Origin: Octopus sinensis
Lineage: Eukaryota
Reading direction: 5' to 3'
Length of the DNA stretch: 64,000 bases
Assembly (NCBI RefSeq): GCF_006345805.1
Contig: NC_043021.1
Span: 10,726,001 to 10,790,000 of the forward strand
Shown: piece by piece, positions 12,527-27,027 of the stretch
Layout of the letters: each line of letters begins with the position of its first letter
How positions within the stretch are numbered: the first letter of the stretch is position 1
Notes under the pieces: model-generated
Seen by the model: the letters and a program-made list of their open reading frames with translations, nothing else
Told to the model about the DNA's origin: nothing
The model's database searches: none
Translations under genes and position numbers: made by a program

Positions 12527-14045
12527 TGTTAAGGCGGCGAGCTGACAGAATCGTTAGCATGCTGGGCGTAATAATCTTTGTCTGTCTTTACATTCTGAGT
12601 TCAAATTCCGCCGAGGTCGACTTTGCCTTTCATCCTTTCAGGGTCAATGAAATAGATACCAGCCAAATACTAGGGGTCGATATAATCGACTTACCCCCTC
12701 CCTCCCCCCACACACATATACATCCCCGAAATTCTTGACCTTCTGCCAAAATTTTAAACCATTATTATTATTATTATTACTGTTATTTTTAATAAGGCGG
12801 CGAGCTGGCAGAATCGTTAGCACACCAGGCAAAAAAATGCTTAGCAGTATTTCGCCTACCACTACATTCTGAGTTCAAATTCTGCCAAGGTCGACTTTGC
12901 CTTTCATCCTTTCAGGGTCAATGAAATAGATACCAGCCAAATACTAGGGGTCGATGTAATCGACTTACCCCCCCACACACACACACATACATCCCCGAAA
13001 TTCTTGGACTTGTGCCAAAATTTTAAACCATTATTATTATTATTACTGTTATTATAAAGGCGGCAAGCTGGCAGAATCGTTAGCACACCAGGCGAAAAAT
13101 GCTTAACAGTATTTAGCCTGCCGCTACATTCTGAGTTCAAATTCCGTCAAAGTCGACTTTGCCTTTCATCCTTTTGGGGGGTCAATAAATTAAGTACCAG
13201 TGAAATACTGGGGTTGATATAATTGACTCCTCCAAAATTTCAGGCCTTGTGCCTTAAGTAGAAAAGATTATTACTATAATTATCATTAAGGTGGTGAATC
13301 GTTAGCAAGCTGGACAAAAACGCTTCGTGGTATTTTACAGCATTTTAAGTCCTGAGTTCAAATTCTACCTACATTGACAAAATAAATACCAGCTGAAAAC
13401 TGGGGCCAATGTAACTGACTTCCCCCCTCCCTTTGAAAACTGCTGGTCCTGTGCCAAACTTCAAAGCCATTATTATTATTGTAAGGTGGTGAGCTGGCTG
13501 AATCCTTAGCACACCAGGCAAAATGCTTAGTAGCATTTCATCTGTCATTACGTCCTGAGTTCAGATTCCACCAAGGTCAACTTTGCCTTTCATCCTTTCG
13601 AGGTTGATAAATTAAGTACCAGTGAAACACTGGGACCAATGTAATCAACTAATCCCCCTCCCCCTGAATTTCAGGCCTTGCGCCTTTAGTAGAAAAGATC
13701 ATTATTATTATTATTATTAAGAATGTGGTGAGCTGGCAGAATCATTAGCATGCTGGACGAAATTCTTAGTGGTATTTTGTCTGTCTTTACATTCTGAGTT
13801 CAAATTCAGCCAAGGTCGACTTTGCCTTTCGTCCTTTCAGGGTTGATAAATCAAGTACCAGTTAAGTCCTGGGATTAATGCAATCGACTGTCCTTCGTCC
13901 CCCAAAATTCAGGCCTTGTGCCTGTAGTAGAAAAGAATTTTTCCTCCAGGATAGATAAAATGTAGTATTAGCTGAGTACTGGGGGTTCAGTGTAATCGAC
14001 TTACTCCCCCTCCCTGAAATTGCTGGCCTTGTGCCGAAATTTGAA
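12527..14045 (+). repeat. Tandem array of 6-7 family A SINE units separated by (ATT)n
   Basis: Units start at about 12533, 12795, 13057, 13290, 13484 and 13727, with a partial unit near 13940. The first three are most alike (period ~262). Confidence 0.88.
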
Positions 14046-14909
14046 ACCCTTATTATTATTATTACTATAAAGATTTTTGTTTGTATTGTTTTGTTTAGTT
14101 TTTTTTTTTTCTTTTTTCCAACTTTGCATTTTACTTTCTGGACAATTTTTCATCAAGAATTAGTTTCCATATATTTTATAACTTAAAAATGAAAAAAAAA
14201 AAAAAAATTTGAATCAAATTTTGGGTTAACATTACACACACACACATTCCCTCTACTCTCTCTTGTCTCTCACACACACACACACACACACACACCCATA
14301 TACATACATAGCAACATGTGCACTCTATACATACATACACAAGGAAAGGTGTCACTATGTCTTGTAGGTGTGTGTATGTATATATATTGTATGTGTAATA
14401 TATATATATACATACATACATACATACAGTAGTACATCAGTTTACAAATGCCTCTGATCATGAATAAATTATGCTTTATATATATCTCTATCTATCTATC
14501 TATCTACACACACACACATATAGCAAGATATATTCGTGATCAGAGTTGTTCAAAAACTGAGGTACTACTGTGTATATATATATATATTGAAGAATTTCTG
14601 TAAATGTATACATACAAATATGTGCCTGTTTGTTAGCCAAACAAGTACATGTATGTGTGTGTATATATATGGGTGTGTGTGTGTGTGTGCATATATATAT
14701 ATATACACACACACACATATACATATGTATATATAAATAAGGATATGATTATTATTTTAAATAGTGATCAAATCTAGTTGCAGTATGGAAAGAAAAAACC
14801 TTATAGGTTATAATTATTATTAAGAGTATCTAAGAGATACCACCAGTCAGGTTTTGACTGCTATTTCAAGCATGGTGGTATCTCTTAGATACCCTTGTTT
14901 ATAATTTTA

Positions 14910-14946
<37 letters not shown>

Positions 14947-15644
14947 CACCTTTGTACAGATTGGTTTGTGGCCAGAATGGACCATTTAATTTCGTACCTA
15001 ATGTTTGGGAATGAAATTAAATGGTCCCTTCTTGCCACAGTCAAACCCTTCAGAGGTGATAGGGAGGTTTGTAAGCTCTGCCTATGTGAGGGTTTGGAAA
15101 TTCCTTTTTTTTTTTTTTTTTTTCAATAGGAAACAAACCCCATACATACATAAACATGTATACACCTGCATACACAGATTTAAGGGATTCATTGCTGCAC
15201 ACAGACAGTTTTAAGGGATCCATTCCGTCATGCACACACACACACATACACATTGTCTGCCACCTTGCTCTTGCCTCACACTATGATAATACTTTCCTCC
15301 TTTTTTTTTTAATTAGTAAAAAGAAAATGGAGTAACTATTTAAGGTAATTAATCTAAAGTGCTTTTGCTTTGGTCAGTTTCGGAAGAATGTGTTTTAACA
15401 GGGATTTCCAGATTGTCTTATGCTGCCCTCCATCTATCAAGTTACTACAGATAAGGAGAAGTACAGCAACTGTTGCTCTGCCGGCTGGACGATCAACTGC
15501 AATGTATGGGCGTTGTTGTTGTTGTTATTTGGCTTTTGGGAGTGTGGGACTCTTAGCCACTGTTGTCCCTAGATCCACTCTGACCTGGAAGAGCTGCACC
15601 TATCAGGACCTCAGCTGTAGGTTAATTAGCATATTTAGGGCTTG

Positions 15645-16030
15645 TTAAGTTAAGTTAATTTTTTGGCTCAAAAAGCAAGGCCATGGAGTTATGTACAGGG
15701 AGGGTGTTCATGCAAAGAGTTCAGGCCATTTCTGGTCGAGAGAGACTTTGAACCGAGCGGTCGTTGGCATCTTCACTATCTTGTCTGGCAGCTTATTCCA
15801 CGGATCCGCAACCCGGACGGAGAAAGCCCCCTCTCCTTCGATTGAGATGAAATCGTCGCAGATAGAGTTCTTTGGAGTGACCCCCTCAGCCGACACTCTG
15901 GAGCAGGAGTGAAGACCAGCTCTTTCGGGAGGTTACACTTTCCGCTTATGATGTTGTCTATCTACGCATGTGAAGACTGGATCCTGCAGATTCTGTAGGA
16001 GAAACCCTTGCCAAAAAAAAAGACCTTTGT
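15645..16030 (-). mobile_element. CR1/L2-type LINE 3' fragment
   Basis: Frameshifted LRGHSKELYLRRFHLNRRR/GAFSVRVADPWNKLPDKIVKMPTTARFKVSLDQKW with a (TAACT)n-like tail. Confidence 0.75.
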
Positions 16031-18747
16031 AGTTCAACAGAAGGGAAGGCGGTTGCAACCACACATTGTGGTCATCCACTGCATCTGTCTCCAACCCTAG
16101 TTGTCTTTATACAAGTGAAGGCACAAAGTTTGCCCACAAACAATAGATATCCTTTGTGTTGAGCTGCAGTTCCTGCTCATATTATACGACCTTCGGGTCA
16201 CAGCATTATACTCGCAACACAGTTGAGTACTGGGGTTGATGTAATCGACCTACCCCACCCCGTCCCCCACCCCAAGGTTGCTGGCCTTGTACCAAAATTT
16301 GAAACCAATATATTGGAACGGTAGTTTACATTCTACACACATTATGCTTCCATAAACATTTCACGCCTTGGTCTTCCATTTGTTATTTCTGCATTCCTCT
16401 CTCTAAAACTGTTAAGGACTCGGTGAAAATAGGGGTTGGGAATAATGTCCCCACCACCACCACCACTTTTTTTTTTACCCACCGTCATACATCATGCTTG
16501 GGGAGGAGAGGTAAAGGGAATGAGGGAAGATGGAGAAGAGAAAGATATACACACACATACATATACACAGATCCTCCTCGGTGACACAAAATACTTGAGT
16601 GGTAGCAAAAAAAAGGATAAAATGAGTAAAAAACAAAAAAAAAAAAAAGTTGGGTATGTGGAATGGCAGTGAGAGATTGTCCTGATGGCTCTCTGAGCAG
16701 GCACTGGCCCCTAGCTATTGAGAGATAACAACATGAAGGACTGTTCTCTTCTAAGTCAAACCCTGTTATTCTTCACCCCTGCGCACATCTCAATATAATC
16801 CTTATAAACTTCACTTCCCACCTCTCAATGTTCTTTCTCTCCTTGAAACTAGTTTTTTTTTTTCTTATTTTAATTTATCTGAATTAATTTTTTTTTTTAA
16901 CTCCATGACTCCAGAGTTCCTTCGACCTATCTTCTGAATTATTTAGGGATGTGGAGCAAGGAGGTTTGTCTTATTCATGAACTGAATTTTATTATTTTAT
17001 TCTTAAATGTTCCTTGTTGATCTTGCCACTGTTGCTCATCTGTAAATACTATTGTTGTTAACCTTGTTACTGCCTCTTTGTCAGTATGTAAATGTTTGTT
17101 CAGCTTGGAGACTAATAAACTAATTTCTCTCCCTCTCTCTCTCACACATATACAATCATTTAATCCCAAATCCCCAACAGGCTGACAGAGAGTTATGGTT
17201 TAAAGTACCGGTTCCCAACCACTTTAACACAACAGACCAATTTCATGCAAGACAATTTTACCATAGGTCAAAGTTCATTACAACAAAACACAAAATATAT
17301 AATTTAATTATTACACAATACATATATATTACCTATTTTTTCTGTAGCGAGTAGATTACATGTAAAATCAGCATATTGGCTTTGAAATAATTTTTCTTTA
17401 GCCCTTACTTATAATTTTAACCGTAAAGGTATTTTAATATGCTGCCACATTTCTTGATGGAATTCTTTTCTGTAGAGAAAAAAAACTTCATCCTATATTA
17501 GTAGTATATATCACCTATATATTTTGCGGGAGGGTCTATAAAATAAAACACCAGTCAAGTACTGGGGTTGATGTAATTCACTAGCCCCCTCCCACAAAAT
17601 TTCAGGCCTTGTCCTCATAGTAGAATGGATTATTATTATTATTATAATTATAAAGGTGGTGAGCTGGCAGAAATGTTAGCACACTGGGCGAAATGCTTAG
17701 CGGTATTTCGTCTGCCGTTACGTTCTGAGTTCAAATTCTGCCGAGGTCGACTTTGCCTTTCATCCTTTCGAGGGTCGATAATAAAGCACCAGTTACGCAC
17801 TAGGGTCGGCGTAATCGACTTAATCTCTTTGTCTGTCCTTGTTTGTCCCCTCTGTGTTTAGCCCCCTGTGGGTAACAAACAAATAAGAAATGCTTAATGC
17901 TTAGCGGCATTTCATCTGTCTTTACATTCTGAGTTCAAATTCTGCTGAGGTCAACTTTGCCTTTCATCCTTTCGGGGTCGATAAATTAAGCACCAGTCAA
18001 GTACTGGGATTGATGTAATTGGCTGGCTCTCTTCCTAAAAATTTCTGGCCCTGTGCCTAAAGTAGAGAAGATTATTATTATCATTATTATTATAGAATGT
18101 TGGATAAAATGCTTAGTGGCATAGTGTCCTCGTGTGTTGAGGTAGCACTGTTTCTCACACACTCATTTACCTATACAAATGCACTCTCTCTCCCTCTCTT
18201 TCTCTCACACACATACTTTCTCCTACAAACACTCACAGATTCCCCTTTTTTAAGTTTCCAGCCACGTTGCCAATATAAATTACAAGTTCATATTACACTG
18301 CAACTTGCTCCGTATGTCGGCCTAGCTTTACTCATCCAAGCCTTTATATTTATATTTCATTTCATTTTATTTTATTTTACTTGGGTTAACTTAAAATATG
18401 TTTTCCAGCTGTCTGATCCACACCATCAAATCAATTTGCACACAGGGGACACACATACACACACAGGATTTGAATCTAGAAATGGGAGGAGGTAAAAGAA
18501 AAAAAAATTCCCCACATGTGGTAGTTTTTATGTTTCCTTTTTGTTCAAAGCTGACGAGTCACTCGGTTGATACTCTGAGTTATTTTGCTTTTATGCATTA
18601 TTCCTTCAGGAGATATTCCGTCTCTTTGTCGCCAGAAACAAATGAACAAATATTTCCAATTGTCAAGAATACTAAAATAACATTAGCCTAAACCATCAGC
18701 TTCCAGCAAGAACACTATATATATATATATATGTGAATGTAAGTGTT

Positions 18748-18785
<38 letters not shown>

Positions 18786-19137
18786 AGACCCCAGGACTTA
18801 TTCTTTGTAAGCCTAGTACTTATTCTATCGGTCTCTTTTGCCAAACCACTAAGTTACGGGAATGTAAACACACCACCACCGGTTGTCAAGCGATGTTGGG
18901 GGGACAAACACAGACATTCAAACATATACACACACATACATATATATATACATACATACACACACACAGATATATATGACAGGCTTCTTTCAGTTTCTGT
19001 CTACCAAATCCACTCACAAGGCTTTGGTCGGCCGAAGCTATAGTAGAAGACACTTACCCAAGGTGTGCCACGCAGTGGGACTGAACCCGGAACCATGTGG
19101 TTGGTAAGCAAGCTACTTACCACACAGCCACCTACGC
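18786..19137 (-). mobile_element. tRNA-derived SINE, family B: reference copy with head, internal microsatellite and tail
   Basis: Head ggctgtgtggtaag...gggttcagtccc...gaagcctgtc, ~55-nt (TA/TG)n, then tail tgtttgtcccc...ggcttacaaagaataagtcctggggtc. Further copies near 2895, 8777, 36797, 43045, 45740-46080 (-), 49530-49850 (-), 50390-50700 (-) and 61580. Confidence 0.85.
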
Positions 19138-19138
19138 C

Positions 19139-19186
<48 letters not shown>

Positions 19187-22066
19187 TGTATATGTGTGTG
19201 TGTGTGTGTGTGTGTAAATATACATATGTATATTTACATAAATCTACATATGTGTACATGTGAAAGTGTGTATCCTTGTGGTTGGGGTGTTGCACTGACA
19301 GTCATAAGATTGTGGTTTCAATTCTCAGACTGGGAGGTGCATCGTGTCCTCGAGAAACACACTTCCTTTCATTCATGTTGCTCTGTAATTGCATCGGCAC
19401 CTGACATGTGGCACACCATGCACTTGTACAGGCAATGCCAGCTTGATGGAAGGGACCAAACTGATGTCCAGCACAACCATTTGACCACTGGAAACAAATC
19501 ATCTGTGCAGGAGGCTGTTTGATCAAGAAATTTCAGAACCCTTATCTCACATCTACGACAGGGTACCTTTTCACTTGCATGTGGTGAGTTGTTTTTTTTT
19601 CTTTTACCTCTTCCCATTTCTACATTCAAATCATGTGTGTATTATGTGTGTCCCCTGTGTGTGTGTAGAACCATCAGCTTCCATTTCATATCTAAGAGTT
19701 AGTCATAGTAATTAAAATTAAAATAAATGCGCCCTTTTAAAAAGCCTAGCCAGGATCATGGGCCCAGTTTCCCGGTTTCAATGGCGTATGTGTTCCTCGG
19801 CTGGACGGGACACAAGTCCATCGCAGTGTTACTCATTTTTGCCAGCTGAGTGGACTCGAGCAACGTGAAGTGAAGTGTTTTGCTCAAGAATACAATGCGT
19901 CGCCCAGTCCAGGAATCGAAACCACTATCTTACGATCATGGTGATGACACCTTAATCACTAAGCCACATGCCTCCACAGTCATAGTAATTAGTAACTCCA
20001 TAATTCTTGCACACACTAACACACTGTCTTTGACCTTTGGTCTCCTTCCCACTATCTTTATTAAGTTTTTTTTCTTCTTTTTCTATTAGGATGTTGGCAA
20101 ATCGCTATCAGTTGTAAATTTGAATTTTGCTACTTTTTTATCTGTTATGAAACAGTTGAACAGATTATTCTGGTTTCCAGCTGAAAACAAAAGCATTGTG
20201 AGTGTGTATAATTGATGGTAGGCAGGAGTGAGTGAGAGTGGGAAGGGTGGTATTTATTTCAGTTGCTGGTGCCTTGTAGCTCCACACTCCAAGACCAGTA
20301 GTTTTCTTCTGAGGATTTCAGTTGAGATAAGTTAGCAGAATTTTCCCCACTAAAATGATGATTTTGTTACTGTTGTTAGAGACCCTCTTTTACATCTTTA
20401 GGTTGTGTTTCCCACCCATCAAAGATCGGCTTTACTTTCCTCCTCCTCCTCTTGTCACTGAATAGCTGTAATCTTCTGGGGTTGAGTTAACATTTGAATC
20501 AATTGTCCCCATCCATCTTCTCTAAATCTGTGAATCTACTCCAGTAATATACTGAGGTCCAGAACTGTCAAGACATACGATAAACACCCATGTGTCTAGT
20601 CAAAAGTTGCAAATACAGAAAAGTTGGGCAAGAGAGTGTGGTGTCACATAAAAAGCACCCAGTCCATACTCTGTAAAGTGGTTAGTGTTAAGAAGGGCAC
20701 CCAGCAATAGAAACCACGTCAAAATAGACAATGGAGCCTGGTGTGGCTCCTGGTCTTACCAGCTCCCATCAATTTTTTAAATATTGTTTTTTTATGTCAG
20801 GGTTCCAACCCGGGTCACAGCAGCAACAAAGTCCACCCGCCACACTTCTTGGTCAACATCACTGGCTCAAGGCCATGGATCCATTCCAGGCCAGAGTCTG
20901 CAATCAAGTTGTTGATGTTAGTGTGCCAGCATGGAAAACGGATGCTAAATGAAGATGATGATGATAGATAAAGATTCTGTAGATAATTTAGAAGAGACGT
21001 AGGCAACTGTGACCCACGGGGACTTTCTGAATTGCATGCAAGGGAAAAGTTACCCTGAATTATTTTAGCAATGTATTCTGTCTGATGACAATCCAGGTCT
21101 CATACAGCCTGCTTCTCAGAAAAGGATTTCCCATGCTTGGTTCAGTGACTCTGAAAATAAGCCAATTTGTCCATGAAGTGTTGTCCTCCCCTCTCCAGGA
21201 CCTCCTTCTCGGGCCTTCAATCTAGCTTTATTGAAATAGGCAGAATTGACCAAAATGTGTGTGTGTGTGAGAGAGAGAGAGAAAGAGTGAAAGGGTTAAG
21301 TTAAATTTTTTACGTAATCTCTCCAATGTGATATATTGAGGAAGTGACTACTTTTGGTTTATGTCTGAAATTTTTATAAAAATATATTTTCTTTTGTCTC
21401 CTGATAGAAAATGTTTTCTACACCACAGAGTAAATTAAATTTATAAATATATTGTTTTCCTCTCTTCAGCCCTGGGAACCATGTCATTTTTTCGTTGTTT
21501 TGTTTGTTCTGTGAAACTGTCTTTATAAATAATAATAATTATTATTATTATTCAGCACTGTATAAACTTGTTTGCCAATGGGTGTATGTAAGATCATGGG
21601 GTTGCCTTAGGACGGTGTGTGTGGAACGGGGAGGCACAGGGAACAAGACAACACTCTTACAATATATCTTCTGTGAGAATTAAATCTATTTTGAAACTGT
21701 GCATTATCAAGGTCAATCAGTTTTTGTTCTCCTTTTCTGTTTTTTTGTCAGCTTTTTCCTGACCTTTCCCCCACCTCTGTGCTACCCCCACAATTTTGAC
21801 TAGTGATAGAACCTTTTTCTCTTGGCCTTTTAAAGAACACTTGACTGACCTTCACTTATGATATCAATAAGTTTGTGATTTACTGACAAAAGGAACAGGT
21901 TCTGCTCCAGTTAGTGACTTGAAGGTGTTTTTTTTTTTTCTCTCTCTTTTTCTTCAGTCTCTTTGGTCAAACTAAGATTTGCTAAACACTAAATTCTACG
22001 TTGGAGACTATCAGTATATAGCAGTAACATTTTCATCCTCATACGTTGAAACTGACAGGAGAGTCC

Positions 22067-22119
<53 letters not shown>

Positions 22120-22614
22120 TCTCTCTGCTAATTTTCAGATATGGTAATCAGAGCGAAATGAGACAGCTTCAGTTCCAACTTAAGAATAACGGTAACATTT
22201 TCATTTCCTTTATTGAAGTAGGAGGAATTGATCAACCACAACGAGGGAAGATGAAAGAAATTTTAAGTCTGCCCATGTGTGGTTACATTCTTGCTTGACA
22301 ATGATAATCTTCTCAAGTGACATTGCAATGGCAATCACAAAAACGTTCAGTGGAGACATCACTGCAATCTCCAGCAGTCAAGCATCTACCATTGACAAGG
22401 CCAAGGAAGGCTGAAATCACGTGATTTATCGCCTGCTAGCAATATAAACAAGTGTTTATATGCTCCAAAAGCCAATACGAGAGAGTTTCTCTCGTGGTAA
22501 TTATTGCAGTATCGTGTGTTCTAACACAACATCCACTTTTAAGTAGGGATAAATAATGCCTTTTGGTAATTAATACTGCTTTCGTTGCTAATAATTATTA
22601 TTTAATAAGCACAT

Positions 22615-22680
22615 CATCCATATACATACATCACATACATATATATACACATATATACATACATACATACATATACACAC

Positions 22681-22711
<31 letters not shown>

Positions 22712-23082
22712 TACACACACACATATACACACATATATATATACACATACATACATATATATATACATATACATACACATATATACATATATATACACAT
22801 ATATATACACATACATACATATATATATACACATATATACACATACATACATATATATATACACATATATACACATACATACATATATATATACATATAT
22901 ATACACATACATACATATATATATACACATACATACATATATATACATATATATATACACATACATACACATATATATACATACATACACACATACATAC
23001 ATACACACATACATATATACACACACATACATACATACACATATATACACACACACATACATACATACATATATATATATAT
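22615..23082. repeat. (TA/CA/TACA)n compound microsatellite
   Basis: Directly visible. Confidence 0.95.
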
Positions 23083-26000
23083 CTCACTTACTCTACAAAA
23101 AATATACCCATGCCATCAAATAAGCTCTACATGAAGCTGCTACTTGAAAAGGGACTGACAAGTTGCCTATACAGCCTAACCGTTTTATAGGTATGAAACC
23201 AATTAGTCACTCTCTGATCGGCCGTAACAATCAACCTTATATATAGATATATATATATATGTCTTAAGCAAGAGAAATTGAACTCCATAATTAAGACTGT
23301 AAAGTTACTTAAGAAATTTAAAAGCTTGAGAGTTTCTGTGTTAAACTTATCAAAAACGTGTTGGATTTGTTGTTTTTAGTTGAGATTATTTTTGTTAACG
23401 ATATCTTTGACTCCATTCAGCTTCTTGCTTGCCACTAAATGTTAAAACTTTGTCTCTAAACTTTATTTAGTCTCTCTTCTTCAAATGGCCTAATTGCATA
23501 CAAACCTGGCCATTTATTGTACAATGTACAGTAAAAAACAGTGAGAGAGAGCAGGAGGTAAGCACAGTTTTTTGCTGTTGTTGTTGTGGGGGGGGGTGAT
23601 GTATGTATTCCAATGAAAGGTTTTGTTGTTGTTGTTGTTGCTGTTTAATAACATGAAGAGAAATTCTGACGTTTGTTTACCAGAGTTCGAGTTTTATTAA
23701 CTGTTGCCCCTCCCCCCACCAATCCCACTTTTTTTTTTTTTTTTTTTTGCTGTGTTGCATCATCAATCACTTAACTGTATGTGTAATTTTCTCTCCACTG
23801 GAGTGAACAAACAAATGCAATTTTAGTCTGAATTTTGTGTCTCTAGTCTCAACATTCTGTGACATAGCAGAGGCAGTAATATTATTGGTACACATGGAAG
23901 GTAAATTCCTCTAACACACACACACACACACTATAGATTCTTTATTTTATTATTTTATTTTATTTTGGTAAAAATATAAAAAAATAATCCATGGTGGTGG
24001 ATTAAATCATTTCTCTCAATTTCCAAATCTGAGCAAATTTTGGTAATCTGTACATTTTTTTTTTTTTACTTTGGAATCCTAACAAATGTCACTAAATTAG
24101 AGTTGCTTGTCCCCTTTTCCCCTAAATACCACCATCTTAGTCATCAAAATATTGTGAGGGATTTTAATAAGATTATGTTGGCTGCTGTTAATATCTGCAA
24201 GTTGATGGGAAGTCACATATGCATTAATTATTATTATTATCATCACTCATTAACCTAAAAAAATTTTTTTTTTTTTTTTTGAAAAACTAGCCAACTGTGA
24301 AATCTAATAATCTGTCTCAAACTTTCACAATTCAAGGACATTTTCTGGGAAGAATTTTGTAGGTGGAAACTTTTGTTTTTGAATTCCCACCTTGCAGAGT
24401 AGAATGGCATTAACTAAAATGTTACTTCTGACCAATCTTTAAGAAAAAAAATATTAAAAAGAAAAAAAAGTTCCATTTTTTAAAAAAAATTTTTTTTTTT
24501 TTTTAAATGGGACCTTCATTTCAGCTCATCTAATAGAATTTTATTTTCTGGGAGAAAAAAAAAGAAAATATTTTTCAGCAAAACATTCAAACAGCTTTCA
24601 TTATTATCTCATCTGCTTATAGTCATTATTGTTCTTTTTAGTAAGACACAAATATCAAACCCCTTGCTTATTCCATTATAAATACAAGGGGAAAACTGAC
24701 TAGCATAATGTGTTTTCTACCTCAAATCTCCCTTACTGACTTCTTCTACACTCTTGTTCCCTTTCATAAAAAAAAAAAGATACCCAGGTCACAAGAGTCT
24801 TGACCCCTTCTCTCTCTCTCATTTGCTGCTAAATATATATATTTTTCGTCAACAATGACAGTTTTATTCTTTTGCATTGTTCTTTTTTTTTTAAAGCAAA
24901 CTGAAGCAAGAAAATCTGTAGGAAATATAAATAAAAAAATGTTCTTGGAACAATGTCTTGGATAATGAAACCCCCTTTTTTTTTTTTTGTTTGGAAAGAT
25001 GAGTTGCAATATTGGTGTGGGTTTGTTTGGAACAAAGTCTGTTGCTATCCTATTTGAAGAATTTTTTGTACGATATATGTATAATATATTTATATATATA
25101 TCTCTTAGAAATAATTCTAGCCCACATCTATTTGCTGGTCACATCTAAAGAAGTTTGTATATATAAAAATTTTAATTGAAAGTTATATAAAAAAAAAATA
25201 TCAAAAGTGAATAAAGTAATTTGACTGTATTACAGGTGTTCTTTGTTTTTTACTTTTCAAATCAAGCTTTGATTTACTGCATTTTTTTTAATCATGTTAA
25301 CCCATATATACCCCTAGTTTGAGTTTTTGCAATGCAAAACCTGCTCTTAGTTGTTTGGACATGAACTCGCTAGGAAACATCTGACAGAGCATATGAAATG
25401 TTCAGTAGATAGTCGACACCCGTAGCTAACAGTTGCATACTGTCCTTCTCTTCCAGATTATGAAAGCTTACTATAATGTTTAAACTAAATACAGTGAAAT
25501 TTTAAGACTTCAATTTTATACAGGTTAAAAAATACTATTTTTTTTATAAAATCGCTTTGAAAAATAGAGAGCTGACATGCAGGAAACTACATGTAAGTTT
25601 TGTATTCTGTAAACCTTTCCATGACTATTACAATTAATTTTTTAAAATAACCAAGAATTTGGGGAGAGATTTTGTTACATAAATAACTTTAATCATTATA
25701 AAATTTATATTTGGAACATAACTTGATAAAAAAAAAATGTTTTTTACTAAAAGAATAGAAGTTTAAATGTAGATATGAACATTTTAAAATGGAGAGTTTT
25801 GTATGCTAGAACCAGAGGCATTCTCAGATGGGTTGCAAACCATATATTGAAAGACACTGGACTGAAAGTAAAAGGTTATTGAAATCATATTAGTGTTAAC
25901 TATGAAAAAATGGTTTTTACCATATTGCTTTGAAAAAATTCTATTCCTTATGCAGCAAGAAACAGTGATATCCCCATTAACACTTTTTCACGTATTTCAT

Positions 26001-26090
26001 AAAATAGCTGTTTTACAGAGTAAGTATCAAATACATTTAGTATTGAACATGAAAACCATACTTACAGGATATGCTGAAAAAAGTATTGCT

Positions 26091-26669
26091 GGCACAGGAG
26101 TGGCTGTGTGGTAAGTAGCTTGCTTACCAACCACATGGTTCTGGGTTCAGTTCCACTGCATGGCACCTTGGGCAAGTGTCTTCTACTATAGCCTCAGGCT
26201 GACCAGTCTTGCATGTGGATTTGGTAGACGGAAACTGAAAGAAGCCTGTCGTATATATATATACACATATGTATGTGTATGTGTGTATGTATATATGTGT
26301 GTATGTATATATATGTGTATGTATGTGTATGTGTGTATGTATGTATGTGTATGTATGTATATGTATGTATGTGTATGTATGTGTGTGTATGTATGTATAT
26401 ATATGTATATATATATATATATGTGTATATAGATGTATGTATGTGTGTGTATGTATGTGTATGTATGTATGCATGTATGTGTAATATGTATATGTGTAAT
26501 ATGTATATGTGTAAATGTATGTGTGTGTATATATATATGTGTATATGTATGTGTATGTATGTATATATATTTATGTATGTGTATGTATGTATATATGTGT
26601 ATGTATGTATATATGTGTATGTATGTATATATGTGTATGTATGTATTATAGTATGTGTATGTATGTATG

Positions 26670-26700
<31 letters not shown>

Positions 26701-26850
26701 ATATATGTGTGTGTATATATATATGTGTGTATATGTATGTGTGTGTATATGTATGTGTGTGTATATGTATGTGTATGTATGTATATATATAATGTATGTG
26801 TATGTATGTATATATGTGTATGTATGTATATATATGTATGTGTATGTATG

Positions 26851-26883
<33 letters not shown>

Positions 26884-26974
26884 GTATATATGTGTGTATA
26901 TATATGTGGTGTATATATATGTGTGGTATATATATGTATGTGTATATATATATGTATGTATATATATATGTATG

Positions 26975-27027
<53 letters not shown>

